This document shows, piece after piece, positions 36,454 through 46,223 of a DNA stretch of 56,162 nucleotides (position 1 is its first letter; each line of letters starts with the position of its first letter). This stretch comes from Crenarchaeota archaeon 13_1_40CM_3_52_17 (GTDB lineage Archaea; Thermoproteota; Bathyarchaeia; 40CM-2-53-6): the NCBI GenBank assembly GCA_001918745.1, contig MNGN01000057.1:1-56162 (forward strand), written 5' to 3'. The position numbers and the translations under genes were made by a program. The notes under the pieces are model-generated. The model was given only the letters and a program-made list of their open reading frames with translations, did no database searches and had not been told where the DNA came from.

Positions 36454-39123
36454 ATGACAGTGAGGTCGTTCAAGGACCTCAAGCTCCTACTAGCATTCGT
36501 CGTAGTATTCTCCATGCTATCCCTCCCCGGATCGCTGAGCGGGGGATCTTATGTTCCCCAAATCCATCTTGCAGCTGCAAATACAGCGCCGAACCAGCCC
36601 TGGTATCCTGCCGGCCCCTCGATGGACAAGATACAGTACCAGATCTATACCGACTCTACGGCCGAGATAACCGCGTTGCAGACTGGTGCAGTCGACATCC
36701 CTGATTCTCCAATCCCACCGTCTGCTGTCCCGCAAATCTGCGGTAGCCAGGGCTTTCTGTGCACCGCGCCGGTGCCATTCTCGGGCTACTTCGAACTGGA
36801 ATTTCATCTCGACCAGAACTTCTGGGGCTGCCAGATGAGTTTCGGAAACTCTGCGTGCGGAGTGAACATTCGTCAGGGAATGGCTCATGGACTGGACAAG
36901 ACGGCTTTCATCAACGCTGAACTAAGTGGCACCGGTGTAGCAATTGATAATCCTGTTCCGCCCAGTGTCAACTTGGTCTCACCGAACCCGTGTGGGTGGG
37001 ACTCGGCACACGCCCAGTCAGGGTCGAACTGCGTCGTAGCAGCTCCGGGAGGAACGGCTTATCACCTTGCGATGGCAGCGGCGGGAGCAGGATGCACAAA
37101 CACTCCCAGCTTCACTTACACGCCGGGTTGTGGTACGCCTGACTTTTGCGCTGCGGCTGACCATTTCATAGCTGCGGGATTGGCCACGGGCAAGAATCCA
37201 TCGACGTGCGTGCTGACAGGGGTCCCATCAACCGTAACATCCAACTCAATACACTTCTTCGTTCGTAGTGACGATGTTGCCCGGCTTCATATGGGCGACA
37301 GCTATGCGCAGTTCATCTGCGGACTATTCACAGGCGCGTTCAGCACAGGCTGCGGGATTGGCGGATCATCCACTAACATCGTCGTCACCGACACCGGCTC
37401 GATCACTCAGTTCCCAGGATTCACCACATCCAAGACGTCGGTCGCGCTTACCTGGTGGGTCTACACGGCTGGCTTCAGTAATATCCAAACTTTCGACGCG
37501 AGCCTGTATTACATCTATAACGGCAAGTTTGTTTCAGGTATACCGGCGATCCAGCCACCGAACGGCCCCTGCTCTTCCGAATCAATTCCCTCTTTCAGCG
37601 CTAGCAACTACATGTATCTCTGCAACCCCAGCTACGACAGCATCAGCAACCAGATGGAATTCGCCCCATGCCTCTCTGCTCCGGGAGATCCGACACCGGG
37701 CTCTCCGAATCCCACCTTCTCCAACTGTCCTAGCACCTCGCAGCTTACCGCGACAAGTGCCTCGTACCAGGCCCAGGACCTGTTCGGACAAAACGCTTTC
37801 ACGATACCAGTTTGGACGCAAACAAATCAGTTCGCCTACCTGAGCAACTGGCAGAGAGTAGTGGTGCAGAATGGTGACGGTTTCATTCCGCCCGGGAATA
37901 CGGTTGCGGAGTTCAACGCGTACAACCCTAACCCGGCTGTTGGTGTAGCAGGCACGATACGTCAAGGATATAGCCAATCAGCTGTGAGCGTTAACCCGTT
38001 CATCGCTACCACAAATCATGACCTTGGTCTGGTCGACAATATCTGGGACAGCCCCTACCGCGCCAACCCAAGCCAGCCCGGCACCTCTCTGGAATGGATG
38101 ACCGTATCCACCAGCCAGTTGCCACCGAGCGGGTTGGCCTATGTTCCGCCCACAGGAACTGTAGCAACATTTAGGTTTAGTCTCCGTCAAGACATCTTCT
38201 GGCAGACTGGCCAGAAGGTTACTGCGTGGGACCTAGCCTTCAGCTATGTCGCGCTCAAGGCCACAGGAGCTTCCCTAGGATCCGGGCTTGCTCCCATCAC
38301 GGGAATGAAGGTGATCAGCCCATCGCAGGTAGACGTTAACGTCAACCAAGTAGGGTTATTCACGAAACTGTACGTCGGCAGCACGATAGTATTTCCGGGA
38401 CGAATCTGGTCGTCTTGCGGTGCATCAACTTGGGATGCTGGTGCGAACAACCAGAACTTTGCGGCCGCCAACGCTGCATTGACCCCGTGCATTGGTCCAA
38501 ACGTCTCCTCGTCGGGAGTAGTACTGCCCACTGCTTCTGCAGTAGACACCGCGAAGATCCAACCCTCCTACGATCCCCTTGCGGCAGGGACACTAGTCGG
38601 CTCGGGTCCATGGGTATGCGTTGGACCGCCAGTAGGCACCGCCTGTGCTACATCCCCTGGTATCCAGGCTCCAGCGGGCGGCTCCTACTTCCTCCAAAGA
38701 TACGGGCTAGGAACAATCCCAGGAGCGACTCTTAACACATACTTCCGCAGCAGCGGTAACTTGGCGTTATGGGCTTGGAGCGGAGACACTGGAAACTTCC
38801 CTAACGACTTTCTGGAATTTTCCATAGCCTCCTCGTGCTTCGGAAGGATGCCTGTGCCAACAGGTTGTGCCAGGTGGTCGATGGGCATAGGCAATCCGAC
38901 AGGCTCGTCCGGCTCGCCGGCTCCAATCGGGCTGACCCAGATGAGCATAATCCAGCGGTTTGTCGGTGTAAATTGGGTAGCACCATATGACTGGCGTATG
39001 AGTCCACCGCAGAACATCGCTATCTTCCCACCAGTGCTCTATGAGGGATCGATATCGCTCAACCCCTCAACAGTCACCGGGTGCACCATACCATTCAATA
39101 GTGGCGGGGGCTACGATTGCTAG
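36454..39123 (+). CDS. large Cys-rich secreted protein with family-5 ABC substrate-binding-protein-like segments
   Basis: ATG 36454 gives the signal peptide MTVRSFKDLKLLLAFVVVFSMLSLPGS. SBP5-like strings include TAEITALQTGAVDI, GMAHGLDKTAFI and FRFSLRQDIFWQTGQKVTAWDLAFSY. There are 24 cysteines, including the last residue. No permease or ATPase genes are adjacent. Confidence 0.5.
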   Translation: MTVRSFKDLKLLLAFVVVFSMLSLPGSLSGGSYVPQIHLAAANTAPNQPWYPAGPSMDKIQYQIYTDSTAEITALQTGAVDIPDSPIPPSAVPQICGSQGFLCTAPVPFSGYFELEFHLDQNFWGCQMSFGNSACGVNIRQGMAHGLDKTAFINAELSGTGVAIDNPVPPSVNLVSPNPCGWDSAHAQSGSNCVVAAPGGTAYHLAMAAAGAGCTNTPSFTYTPGCGTPDFCAAADHFIAAGLATGKNPSTCVLTGVPSTVTSNSIHFFVRSDDVARLHMGDSYAQFICGLFTGAFSTGCGIGGSSTNIVVTDTGSITQFPGFTTSKTSVALTWWVYTAGFSNIQTFDASLYYIYNGKFVSGIPAIQPPNGPCSSESIPSFSASNYMYLCNPSYDSISNQMEFAPCLSAPGDPTPGSPNPTFSNCPSTSQLTATSASYQAQDLFGQNAFTIPVWTQTNQFAYLSNWQRVVVQNGDGFIPPGNTVAEFNAYNPNPAVGVAGTIRQGYSQSAVSVNPFIATTNHDLGLVDNIWDSPYRANPSQPGTSLEWMTVSTSQLPPSGLAYVPPTGTVATFRFSLRQDIFWQTGQKVTAWDLAFSYVALKATGASLGSGLAPITGMKVISPSQVDVNVNQVGLFTKLYVGSTIVFPGRIWSSCGASTWDAGANNQNFAAANAALTPCIGPNVSSSGVVLPTASAVDTAKIQPSYDPLAAGTLVGSGPWVCVGPPVGTACATSPGIQAPAGGSYFLQRYGLGTIPGATLNTYFRSSGNLALWAWSGDTGNFPNDFLEFSIASSCFGRMPVPTGCARWSMGIGNPTGSSGSPAPIGLTQMSIIQRFVGVNWVAPYDWRMSPPQNIAIFPPVLYEGSISLNPSTVTGCTIPFNSGGGYDC

Positions 39124-39274
39124 CTACGTCCACAGCTCTTCGGTTGGAGCGAGAGTCATGCGCTGAAGAGATCTAGCATCAGATTCATCTTGCGTTGAGC
39201 CAGTCTACAATGGCGTAAGGGTCTTAGCCATCGTCCACCGATCGCCTAGGCGATTCTAGCGGAAGGATCTTGGC

Positions 39275-40459
39275 TTGAAGGAGAAAAAGTTCAAGAATAT
39301 TGAGACTAAGCTGATTCATTCCGGTGAACCGAAGCCACGGGTCCACGGGGCGGTTGCGATGCCGATATTCCAGTCGGCCATGTTCGAGACCCGCAGTGAA
39401 CCAGGTTATCATGATATCGAGTATATCCGCTTGAACAACACCCCGAACGCGAAAGTGCTCCACGAGAAACTGGCCGCGGTCGAGGGGGCCGAGGACGCCC
39501 TTGTGGCCGCGAGCGGAATGGCGGCTATCTCTACCACGCTACTCACCTTCCTCCATAACGGGGACCATCTCCTGATCCAGAACTGCCTGTACGGCGGGAC
39601 CCACGACTTTGTCACGAAAGATCTTCAAACGTTCGGGATATCGTATGATTTCATCGATGGCAACGACCCTGAGTCATGGGAAGAGAAACGACGGACGAAC
39701 ACGAAAGCGATCTATGTCGAGACGATGACGAATCCGTTGCTAGAGGTCGCAGACCATAAGGCAGTTGTCAAGTTTGCTAAGAAACGCGGGCTGGTATCTA
39801 TGATCGACAACACCTTCGCGAGCCCGATCAACTTCCGCCCTATCGAGCATGGCTTCGACCTCTCACTTCACAGTGGCACGAAATACCTGAATGGACACTC
39901 GGACATTGTCGCCGGAGCGGTCATCGGAAGCTCGGAGCTAGTCACCAAAGTCAAACATCGACTTGACCATCTCGGGGGAAGCTTGGACCCGCACGCTTGC
40001 TTCCTCTTACATCGCGGCATGAAGACGCTCGCGCTTCGGATGAGATACCATAACGAGAGCGCTCTCAAGATTGCGCGATTCTTAGAAGAGCACAACGCAG
40101 TTGCAAAGGTCAACTATCCAGGGCTCATGACCCATCCCCAACACAACCGGGCGGGGGAATTGTTTGACGGGTTCAGCGGCATGATGAGCTTCGAACCCAA
40201 GGGCGGCAAAGAAGCGGCCGAGCTATTCATGAAGAATGTCTCCATTCCAATCATCGCGCCAAGCCTGGGCGGAGTTGAAAGCCTACTCACCAGACCAGCT
40301 GCAACCTCACATTCAGGAATGTCTCCAGAAGACAGGAAGAAACTCGGGATAACTGATGGGCTGATCCGAGTGTCGATTGGAGTCGAGGCTACGGAAGACC
40401 TGATCGGAGATTTCGCAGAAGCGTTTGAAGCAATCAGAACCGTGGCAAGTGTTCCCTGA
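39275..40459 (+). CDS. PLP-dependent Cys/Met-metabolism enzyme (cystathionine gamma-synthase / methionine gamma-lyase family)
   Basis: PLP-lysine context SGTKYLNGHSD, 394 aa. Confidence 0.85.
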   Translation: MKEKKFKNIETKLIHSGEPKPRVHGAVAMPIFQSAMFETRSEPGYHDIEYIRLNNTPNAKVLHEKLAAVEGAEDALVAASGMAAISTTLLTFLHNGDHLLIQNCLYGGTHDFVTKDLQTFGISYDFIDGNDPESWEEKRRTNTKAIYVETMTNPLLEVADHKAVVKFAKKRGLVSMIDNTFASPINFRPIEHGFDLSLHSGTKYLNGHSDIVAGAVIGSSELVTKVKHRLDHLGGSLDPHACFLLHRGMKTLALRMRYHNESALKIARFLEEHNAVAKVNYPGLMTHPQHNRAGELFDGFSGMMSFEPKGGKEAAELFMKNVSIPIIAPSLGGVESLLTRPAATSHSGMSPEDRKKLGITDGLIRVSIGVEATEDLIGDFAEAFEAIRTVASVP

Positions 40460-40477
40460 GAAATTTTTGGTTGTCTA

Positions 40478-40960
40478 TCACAATTCTGTATCTGCTAGAC
40501 GGTTCAGATCTTCACCTGTAATCTGCATGACTCGCCAGTGCTCTCGGAAACGAGCCCCCAATCGTTGATAAACGTCCATGGCTGAAGTGTTCCAATCAAG
40601 CACTTCCCATCGCATTCCGTAACACTGCTCCTCGATGGCGATCTGTGCCAGAGAAACCATCAGAGCTTTGCCGATGCCTTTGCGTCGGAATCGTGGCCGG
40701 ACAAAGAGGTCTTCCAAGAAGAGGCCGTGCTTTCCCTCCCACGTTGAATAATTGTGAAAGAAAAAGGCCATACCGGCCGGGTTGCCATCCCACTCTGCAA
40801 TAATTACCTTAAACTTGGGATTCCTTGCGAAGCCATCCCTGATCAAGTCGCCTTCCGTCGCTCGAACAGCACTAGGTTCCCGTTCATACTCCGCCAGCTC
40901 GTGAATGAAAGACAGAATCAATGGGACGTCTTTGACGATTGCTTTGCGAATTTTCAACAT
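40478..40960 (-). CDS. GNAT-family N-acetyltransferase
   Basis: Acetyl-CoA binding RRKGIGKAL, 160 aa. Confidence 0.8.
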   Translation of the reverse strand: MLKIRKAIVKDVPLILSFIHELAEYEREPSAVRATEGDLIRDGFARNPKFKVIIAEWDGNPAGMAFFFHNYSTWEGKHGLFLEDLFVRPRFRRKGIGKALMVSLAQIAIEEQCYGMRWEVLDWNTSAMDVYQRLGARFREHWRVMQITGEDLNRLADTEL

Positions 40961-41031
40961 GGCTTGCAGGCTCTTATTCCCGCTGAGTCAACTCTAACCT
41001 TGTCAAGGACAAATTCGCCATTCATGGACTG

Positions 41032-42159
41032 TTGGATTGTATGGGCATAAACCTCTCGAGGGCTCAGGTCAATTCTTGGCGTTTGTCAAACCATCATCTT
41101 GCCAAACGAGCTCGAAAGGGGCAGATTGAGAACGTTGTTTCGGACCTTTGCGGGGTTCAGGCACAAGTCCTGTCTTATGCTGCTTTGGCGATCTGGGCGC
41201 GGGTCGAGGGCATTACGATGCAAGATGTTCAAGATGCCCTCTGGAAGCATCGTTCTCTTGTGAAGACCTGGTGCATGCGCGGAACCCTTCACCTAATCTC
41301 GGCTTCCAACTTGCCCGTCTACGTGGCCGCTAGAAAAACGACGATGGTAGTCAAACCAGACTGGCTCACGCCTGAAATTGGTGTGGAAGAGCGGAAGAGA
41401 ATCGTTCGCGCGATACATGAAGCACTTGATGGAGAAATTCTGACTCGAGAACGATTGACTGAGAAAGTCGCGAAGAGTCTCGGGTTGAGCGCCAGTGTTC
41501 GTAAACATATGCTCTCAGGCTGGGGCAACCTCCTGCAGCCCGCGGCCGAACAAGGATACCTCTGCTTCGGGCCGAGCGAGGGATCTAAAGTCACATTCGT
41601 CCGACCGGACCAATGGATTGGAAGATGGGACGAGCCCAGTGGAGGCGACGCTTGGAGGAGGCTTCTCCGACAATTCTTCTCCACATATGGCCCAGCTAAC
41701 CATCACGACATTGGCCATTGGTGGGGTCTACGTCCCGACAAGGCGAAGATATTGATGGAGCACATTGAGGACGAGTTGGAAGAGGTCGAATTCGAAGGTC
41801 AAAAGAAATGGGTTCGAAGAGAGGATGTCGAACAGATCGTTGACGTTGAAAGGATTCATTCGGTGAAATTACTTCCAAGTTGGGATTGCTACGTTATGTT
41901 CTACTATCCTCGTGAGCTCTTCGTTTCTCAGAGCCATAGAGCCCGAATCTTCACAAAGCTCCAAGGAAATAGACCAGTTCTGCTCATCGATGGAGTCGCT
42001 GGAGGAGTATGGGAGCAACGACGGAAGAGCGATCATACTGAAGTCAGGGTACAGCCATTTAGCGATCTCGGCTCAGCACAAGAACGACTTGTCAGCGAGG
42101 AAGCGACGAGCTTAGGCGAATTCCTGGGAACAAACGTTGAGGTCTCGATTTCATGGTGA
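41032..42159 (+). CDS. winged-helix DNA-binding protein of the YcaQ/AlkZ (DUF1006) family
   Basis: The LCGVQAQ...ALAIWARV region and overall length match crosslink-repair glycosylase-like proteins (from memory). Confidence 0.6.
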   Translation: MDCMGINLSRAQVNSWRLSNHHLAKRARKGQIENVVSDLCGVQAQVLSYAALAIWARVEGITMQDVQDALWKHRSLVKTWCMRGTLHLISASNLPVYVAARKTTMVVKPDWLTPEIGVEERKRIVRAIHEALDGEILTRERLTEKVAKSLGLSASVRKHMLSGWGNLLQPAAEQGYLCFGPSEGSKVTFVRPDQWIGRWDEPSGGDAWRRLLRQFFSTYGPANHHDIGHWWGLRPDKAKILMEHIEDELEEVEFEGQKKWVRREDVEQIVDVERIHSVKLLPSWDCYVMFYYPRELFVSQSHRARIFTKLQGNRPVLLIDGVAGGVWEQRRKSDHTEVRVQPFSDLGSAQERLVSEEATSLGEFLGTNVEVSISW

Positions 42160-42221
42160 CTCTGGAGAAGCTCAAGGTTCATCTTTAATAACGACAGTTT
42201 TCGTCTCGCCTTGCGATCGGC

Positions 42222-43499
42222 TTGTCTCAAGCGATCCTTAACGACAATTCGCTTACGTTCGCGGAGAAAGTCATCAGCGTCAAGTCCGATGGAGGCAAGA
42301 AGGTCCATCATACTGGAGAGATTGCTGTTATTCCTGCTGACATGGCCATGGCCCAGGATAGCACTGGACCCTTGGCAATCAAGGTCTTCCGTGAAATGGG
42401 CGTTCAGAAAGTCTGGGACCCAAAGAAAATCCATCTTGTGATCGATCACAGTTTTCCAGCCCCTGACGAGAAGGTCGCTAATCTCCATATTCTAATTCGG
42501 GAATTCGTCAAGCAACAAGGTGTGCGGCTTGTCGAAGGAAGCATATCCCACCAGCATCTGCTCGAAAACCATGTTGTACCAGGGATGGTTCTCTTTGGGG
42601 CTGATTCTCACACCTGTCAGGCGGGCGCAATCGGCGCCTTTGCCACCGGGATTGGTAGTTCGGAAATGGCTGCTGTCTGGGCGAGCGGCAAGCTCTGGGT
42701 CCGGGTCCCGGAATCCATCAAGATCAATCTTACAGGCCAGCTCAAAAAAGGCGTCTTCGCCCGAGACATCATAACCCACTTCATCGGAATGGTTGGCGAA
42801 GACGGGGGGAACTACAAGTCGCTGGAGTGGAAGGGTCCCGCGGTCAAGAACCTCTCTATAGCATCACGGGCTTGCATTAGCAACAACTCTATGGAGTGCG
42901 GCTGCAAACTCTCCATCTTCGAAGTCGACCCCGTAACCCAGGTCTATTTCAAAACGGCAAACCGGAAAGCGATGTTCGAGATCCACGCGGGACCAAAGGC
43001 GCAATATAAGGAAGAATACGACATTGATCTCGGAACTCTTGAGCCCCAGGTCTGGGGTCCAGGGAACGAGAGCAAAGTACGCAGTGCTAGCGAATTCGGG
43101 GATGATCACTTGGACGAGGTTTTCATCGGATCATCCACAAACGGACGATACGAAGACCTACAGGTCGTTGGCAAGATACTGAAGGGCCACAAGATCAAGG
43201 CTGGGACCCGCTGTATAATTACTCCGGCTTCCAGAAACGTGTTCGAAAGAGCAATCACAGATGGTCTAGCAGAAACATTCCTTCAATCAGGAGCAGTGTT
43301 CACTAACGCTACGTGCGGTGCATGTGTTGGTACTCATCTCGGTGTTCTCGGCGAGAATGAAACCTGTCTATCCACTTCTCCGCGGAACTATGTAGGACGA
43401 ATGGGCGCTTCAACAGCCAAAATCTTCCTATCATCTCCAGCGACGGCCGCAGCCTCAGCTTTGGAAGGGCATATTGTCGATCCTGGGAGATACCTATGA
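42222..43499 (+). CDS. aconitase-family dehydratase large subunit (3-isopropylmalate / homoaconitate)
   Basis: GADSHTCQAGAIGAFATG and CGACVG Fe-S ligand motifs, 425 aa. Confidence 0.85.
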   Translation: MSQAILNDNSLTFAEKVISVKSDGGKKVHHTGEIAVIPADMAMAQDSTGPLAIKVFREMGVQKVWDPKKIHLVIDHSFPAPDEKVANLHILIREFVKQQGVRLVEGSISHQHLLENHVVPGMVLFGADSHTCQAGAIGAFATGIGSSEMAAVWASGKLWVRVPESIKINLTGQLKKGVFARDIITHFIGMVGEDGGNYKSLEWKGPAVKNLSIASRACISNNSMECGCKLSIFEVDPVTQVYFKTANRKAMFEIHAGPKAQYKEEYDIDLGTLEPQVWGPGNESKVRSASEFGDDHLDEVFIGSSTNGRYEDLQVVGKILKGHKIKAGTRCIITPASRNVFERAITDGLAETFLQSGAVFTNATCGACVGTHLGVLGENETCLSTSPRNYVGRMGASTAKIFLSSPATAAASALEGHIVDPGRYL

Positions 43500-44041
43500 G
43501 TCTTCCAACACCGTCCACGATCATCCGAGGCAGAACCTGGGTGTGGCCCGATGACGTGAACACGGACATAATCATTCCTTTCCGCTTCAAGGCTCGCACC
43601 AACGACCCTGTCGAAATGGCGAAATATGCCATGTACGGGTTCGACCCCGAATTCTACAAGAAAGTCAAACCAGGCGACCTCTTTGTTGCTGGAAGAAACT
43701 TCGGAGGAGGATCCAGCCGCGAACAAGCACCAGTCGCCATAAAATACTCAGGAGTAGCAGCCGTAGTCGCAGAAAGCTTCGCAAGAATATTCTATCGGAA
43801 TAGCTTCGCCATAGGTCTACCAGCACTAGAAGTTCCAGGAATAACCAAACAGGTCAAACAATTCGACGAAATATCCATCAACCTTCAGGACTGGTCTGTC
43901 ACGACCAAAGATGGAAAGGTGTATCATGCGTTGAAGGTTCCAGAGTTCCTTCGAGGACTAATGCGGGAAGGAGGCCTCGTCGAGTATTACAAGAAGCACA
44001 AATCCTTCCCATGGGAAGGACTACAAGCAACGGCAAGCTGA
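43496..44041 (+). CDS. aconitase-family dehydratase small subunit
   Basis: [10 protein letters not shown] motif. Its start overlaps the large-subunit stop (ATGA). The substrate loop reads [12 protein letters not shown]. Confidence 0.85.
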   Translation: MSLPTPSTIIRGRTWVWPDDVNTDIIIPFRFKARTNDPVEMAKYAMYGFDPEFYKKVKPGDLFVAGRNFGGGSSREQAPVAIKYSGVAAVVAESFARIFYRNSFAIGLPALEVPGITKQVKQFDEISINLQDWSVTTKDGKVYHALKVPEFLRGLMREGGLVEYYKKHKSFPWEGLQATAS

Positions 44042-44079
44042 ACCTGAGCCTGAAGCCGTCATCGAAAACCGCCACTCGG

Positions 44080-44664
44080 CTAGATTCCCTTCAGTTCTTT
44101 TTGTAGTTGGCTGACTGTGGTTATGCGTGCGAATCGGCGTCGTAGAGCATATTCTGTGCGTTCGCGTATGGCATCAACTCCTAGTTCTTCGCCTGGCTTG
44201 TCCCAGTTCGGAATTGGAAAGGTCATCGTCGCCTCTGTGACAAAGTCTACCGCGTAACCGAGGTCCGCAGCGATCCTCGCTGTCGTCTCGCAGCACTGCT
44301 CCATCTGAATGCCTGTAATGCTGACCCGTCTCACGCCTCTCTCTATCAGGTAGGGTTGCAAAGTCGTGCTAGTGAAACAATTCCTTGTGTTCTTGACCAT
44401 GACCTGCTCATCCTTCCGAGGCTTGAGAAAGTCCATCAGCTTGAATGAGGGGCTGTCTTTGGCGAACGCCTCATCGCTGTCGGTATGTAAGAAGAAAACA
44501 ACCGGGAGATGGGCAGCACGATAAGCTTCGACGAGAGCGTTCACGTTCCTTTCAAAATCCGGGTTGTTACGTCTTCCCCATCGCGAGCCGACTTTGAACG
44601 AGTCTTGAGCATCGATCACTAGCAAAGCCGATTGTGCAATCGAAACCTTGCTGGGGTCTAGCAT
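44080..44664 (-). CDS. isochorismatase-family cysteine hydrolase
   Basis: ALLVIDAQDSF (Asp) and ITGIQMEQCCETT (Cys). Confidence 0.8.
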   Translation of the reverse strand: MLDPSKVSIAQSALLVIDAQDSFKVGSRWGRRNNPDFERNVNALVEAYRAAHLPVVFFLHTDSDEAFAKDSPSFKLMDFLKPRKDEQVMVKNTRNCFTSTTLQPYLIERGVRRVSITGIQMEQCCETTARIAADLGYAVDFVTEATMTFPIPNWDKPGEELGVDAIRERTEYALRRRFARITTVSQLQKELKGI

Positions 44665-44742
44665 GATTCCAACTAGCGTGAGTCATCGTATATACTCGCT
44701 GCTTCAGACTGAGTTTTCGCTCGGAACAAGGTCTCAACTACA

Positions 44743-45666
44743 ATGAGTTCCAAGAAAGGGAGTTCTAGGGATGTCCCTGATATCCGGGTTTTCTTCGGGG
44801 ACCTCAGAAAGATGACCTCGACGGAGGTCGCTGATGGAGATATCTCCCTGGTAGTCACATCTCCACCTTACTTCAACGCTCCTTTCGATTATCCCGATCT
44901 TTTTCCGAGCTACGAAGATTACCTTGGACTAGTCAGGTCCTTCGCTCATCAGAGCAAGAGGGTGCTGCGGAGAGGGAGAATCTGTGCGATAGTCACCGAC
45001 GATATGCTGGTGAAAGAGGGAAGTAGCAACCGTGGGCGGAAATACCCTCTTGTCGCTGATACGACCGGAATTTTTCTGGACGAGGGTTTTCTCTATCGTG
45101 ACAAGATAACATGGGTCAAGCCAGCTGGCTACACTAGAATCAGCAGGCGTAGCGGAGTCGTTCTTCAACATCCATACCCGATGTACTTCTATCCGGACAA
45201 CATCCAGGAATCTATTCTTCTATTCCAGAACGGCGAGTTCGATTACGGCAACTTGAAGGACGCGCCAAAGAACATTCTCGAATCCTCAAGAATAGACACC
45301 GCTCAACTCAACAAAGAGAGATGGAACTTGACAGTCTGGAACATTACCAATGTCCTTCCCTTCTCTGGTCGGGTTGAGGAGGGAATCGCAGCCTTTCCTG
45401 AAGAAATTCCTCGGAGACTAATCAAACTCTTCACGATGGTCGGAGAGACGGTGTTCGACCCTTTCGCAGGCTCAGGCACAACGCTGAAGGTCGCGCGGGA
45501 ACTGGGAAGGAATGGAATTGGATACGAAATTGACCTCGAACTCAAGCGAGTCCTAAGAAAAAAACTCGGAGGACATGGTCTCATACTCGAAGAAAGGGAA
45601 GGAGCAAGGAGGCTTCGAAGATCCCTTCAGACAAGGATTCATCAGAACAGAAGCGTTGCCAGGTAA
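44743..45666 (+). CDS. beta-class DNA methyltransferase (N4-cytosine/N6-adenine family), SPPY type
   Basis: Catalytic motif IV VVTSPPYF comes before SAM motif I FDPFAGSGTT. That order defines the beta class. Confidence 0.85.
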   Translation: MSSKKGSSRDVPDIRVFFGDLRKMTSTEVADGDISLVVTSPPYFNAPFDYPDLFPSYEDYLGLVRSFAHQSKRVLRRGRICAIVTDDMLVKEGSSNRGRKYPLVADTTGIFLDEGFLYRDKITWVKPAGYTRISRRSGVVLQHPYPMYFYPDNIQESILLFQNGEFDYGNLKDAPKNILESSRIDTAQLNKERWNLTVWNITNVLPFSGRVEEGIAAFPEEIPRRLIKLFTMVGETVFDPFAGSGTTLKVARELGRNGIGYEIDLELKRVLRKKLGGHGLILEEREGARRLRRSLQTRIHQNRSVAR

Positions 45667-45853
45667 CCAGGTCGGCGTCTCGGATGGAAAGACCCATTAG
45701 CGCGGACGCGAGATGGAATAGACACCTAATGCAAAGTGATCAGCATGGTTCTTCGTGAATGTCCGTTTTGTCATAGACCCTTCGAAGCTGAGCTGTTGTC
45801 GAAGGAACAGGTGGATTAGCGAGGTCGCGAGGGTTGGCGATTTTCCACCACAG

Positions 45854-46144
45854 ATGAGTAAACTAGCTGGGCAGGTTACGGAGGGAGGACTTACGATGAG
45901 TCGTGGCGCACTAATTCTCGGACTGTCAGAGGATGAAAAGGAAACTGTTGCGATGCGTCCGGAGGCTTTCATAACCTACAAGGCCCTATACAAATGCAGA
46001 CACTGTGGAAAGGAGTGGACCAAGCTCTCGGTTGAAGAGATACCAATCCCCCGACAATATGTTGAAGGCGAGGAGGAAAAGACCGACTATGATGCTCATG
46101 TCGAAGAGGAGGAGGCACGGGAGGAACAGTATGCAAGAGAGTAA
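45854..46144 (+). CDS. small acidic hypothetical protein with one CxxC pair
   Basis: ATG 45854 (MSKLAGQ...) lies within track ORF 45755..46144. Contains CRHC and a Glu-rich tail. Confidence 0.35.
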   Translation: MSKLAGQVTEGGLTMSRGALILGLSEDEKETVAMRPEAFITYKALYKCRHCGKEWTKLSVEEIPIPRQYVEGEEEKTDYDAHVEEEEAREEQYARE

Positions 46145-46223
46145 TAATGCCGAAAGTATCGCAGACAATGAAGACTAGTTGAGTTTCGCTATCCCCTCCG
46201 ACAGGGTTGAACTTGGGTAGGGC

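Noticed and set aside
42033-42488. 151-aa minus-strand ORF spanning the YcaQ-like/dehydratase intergenic region
   Set aside because: It overlaps the 3' end of 41032..42159 and the conserved N-terminus of the dehydratase large subunit. It has no recognisable motif.
45745-45819. 24-codon mini-ORF MVLRECPFCHRPFEAELLSKEQVD, possibly the frameshifted N-terminus (first CxxC pair) of the downstream CRHC protein
   Set aside because: Joining them would put the two Cys pairs about 70 residues apart, which is atypical for a zinc ribbon. I have no homologue to support the join. It is noted only as a possibility to check against reads.
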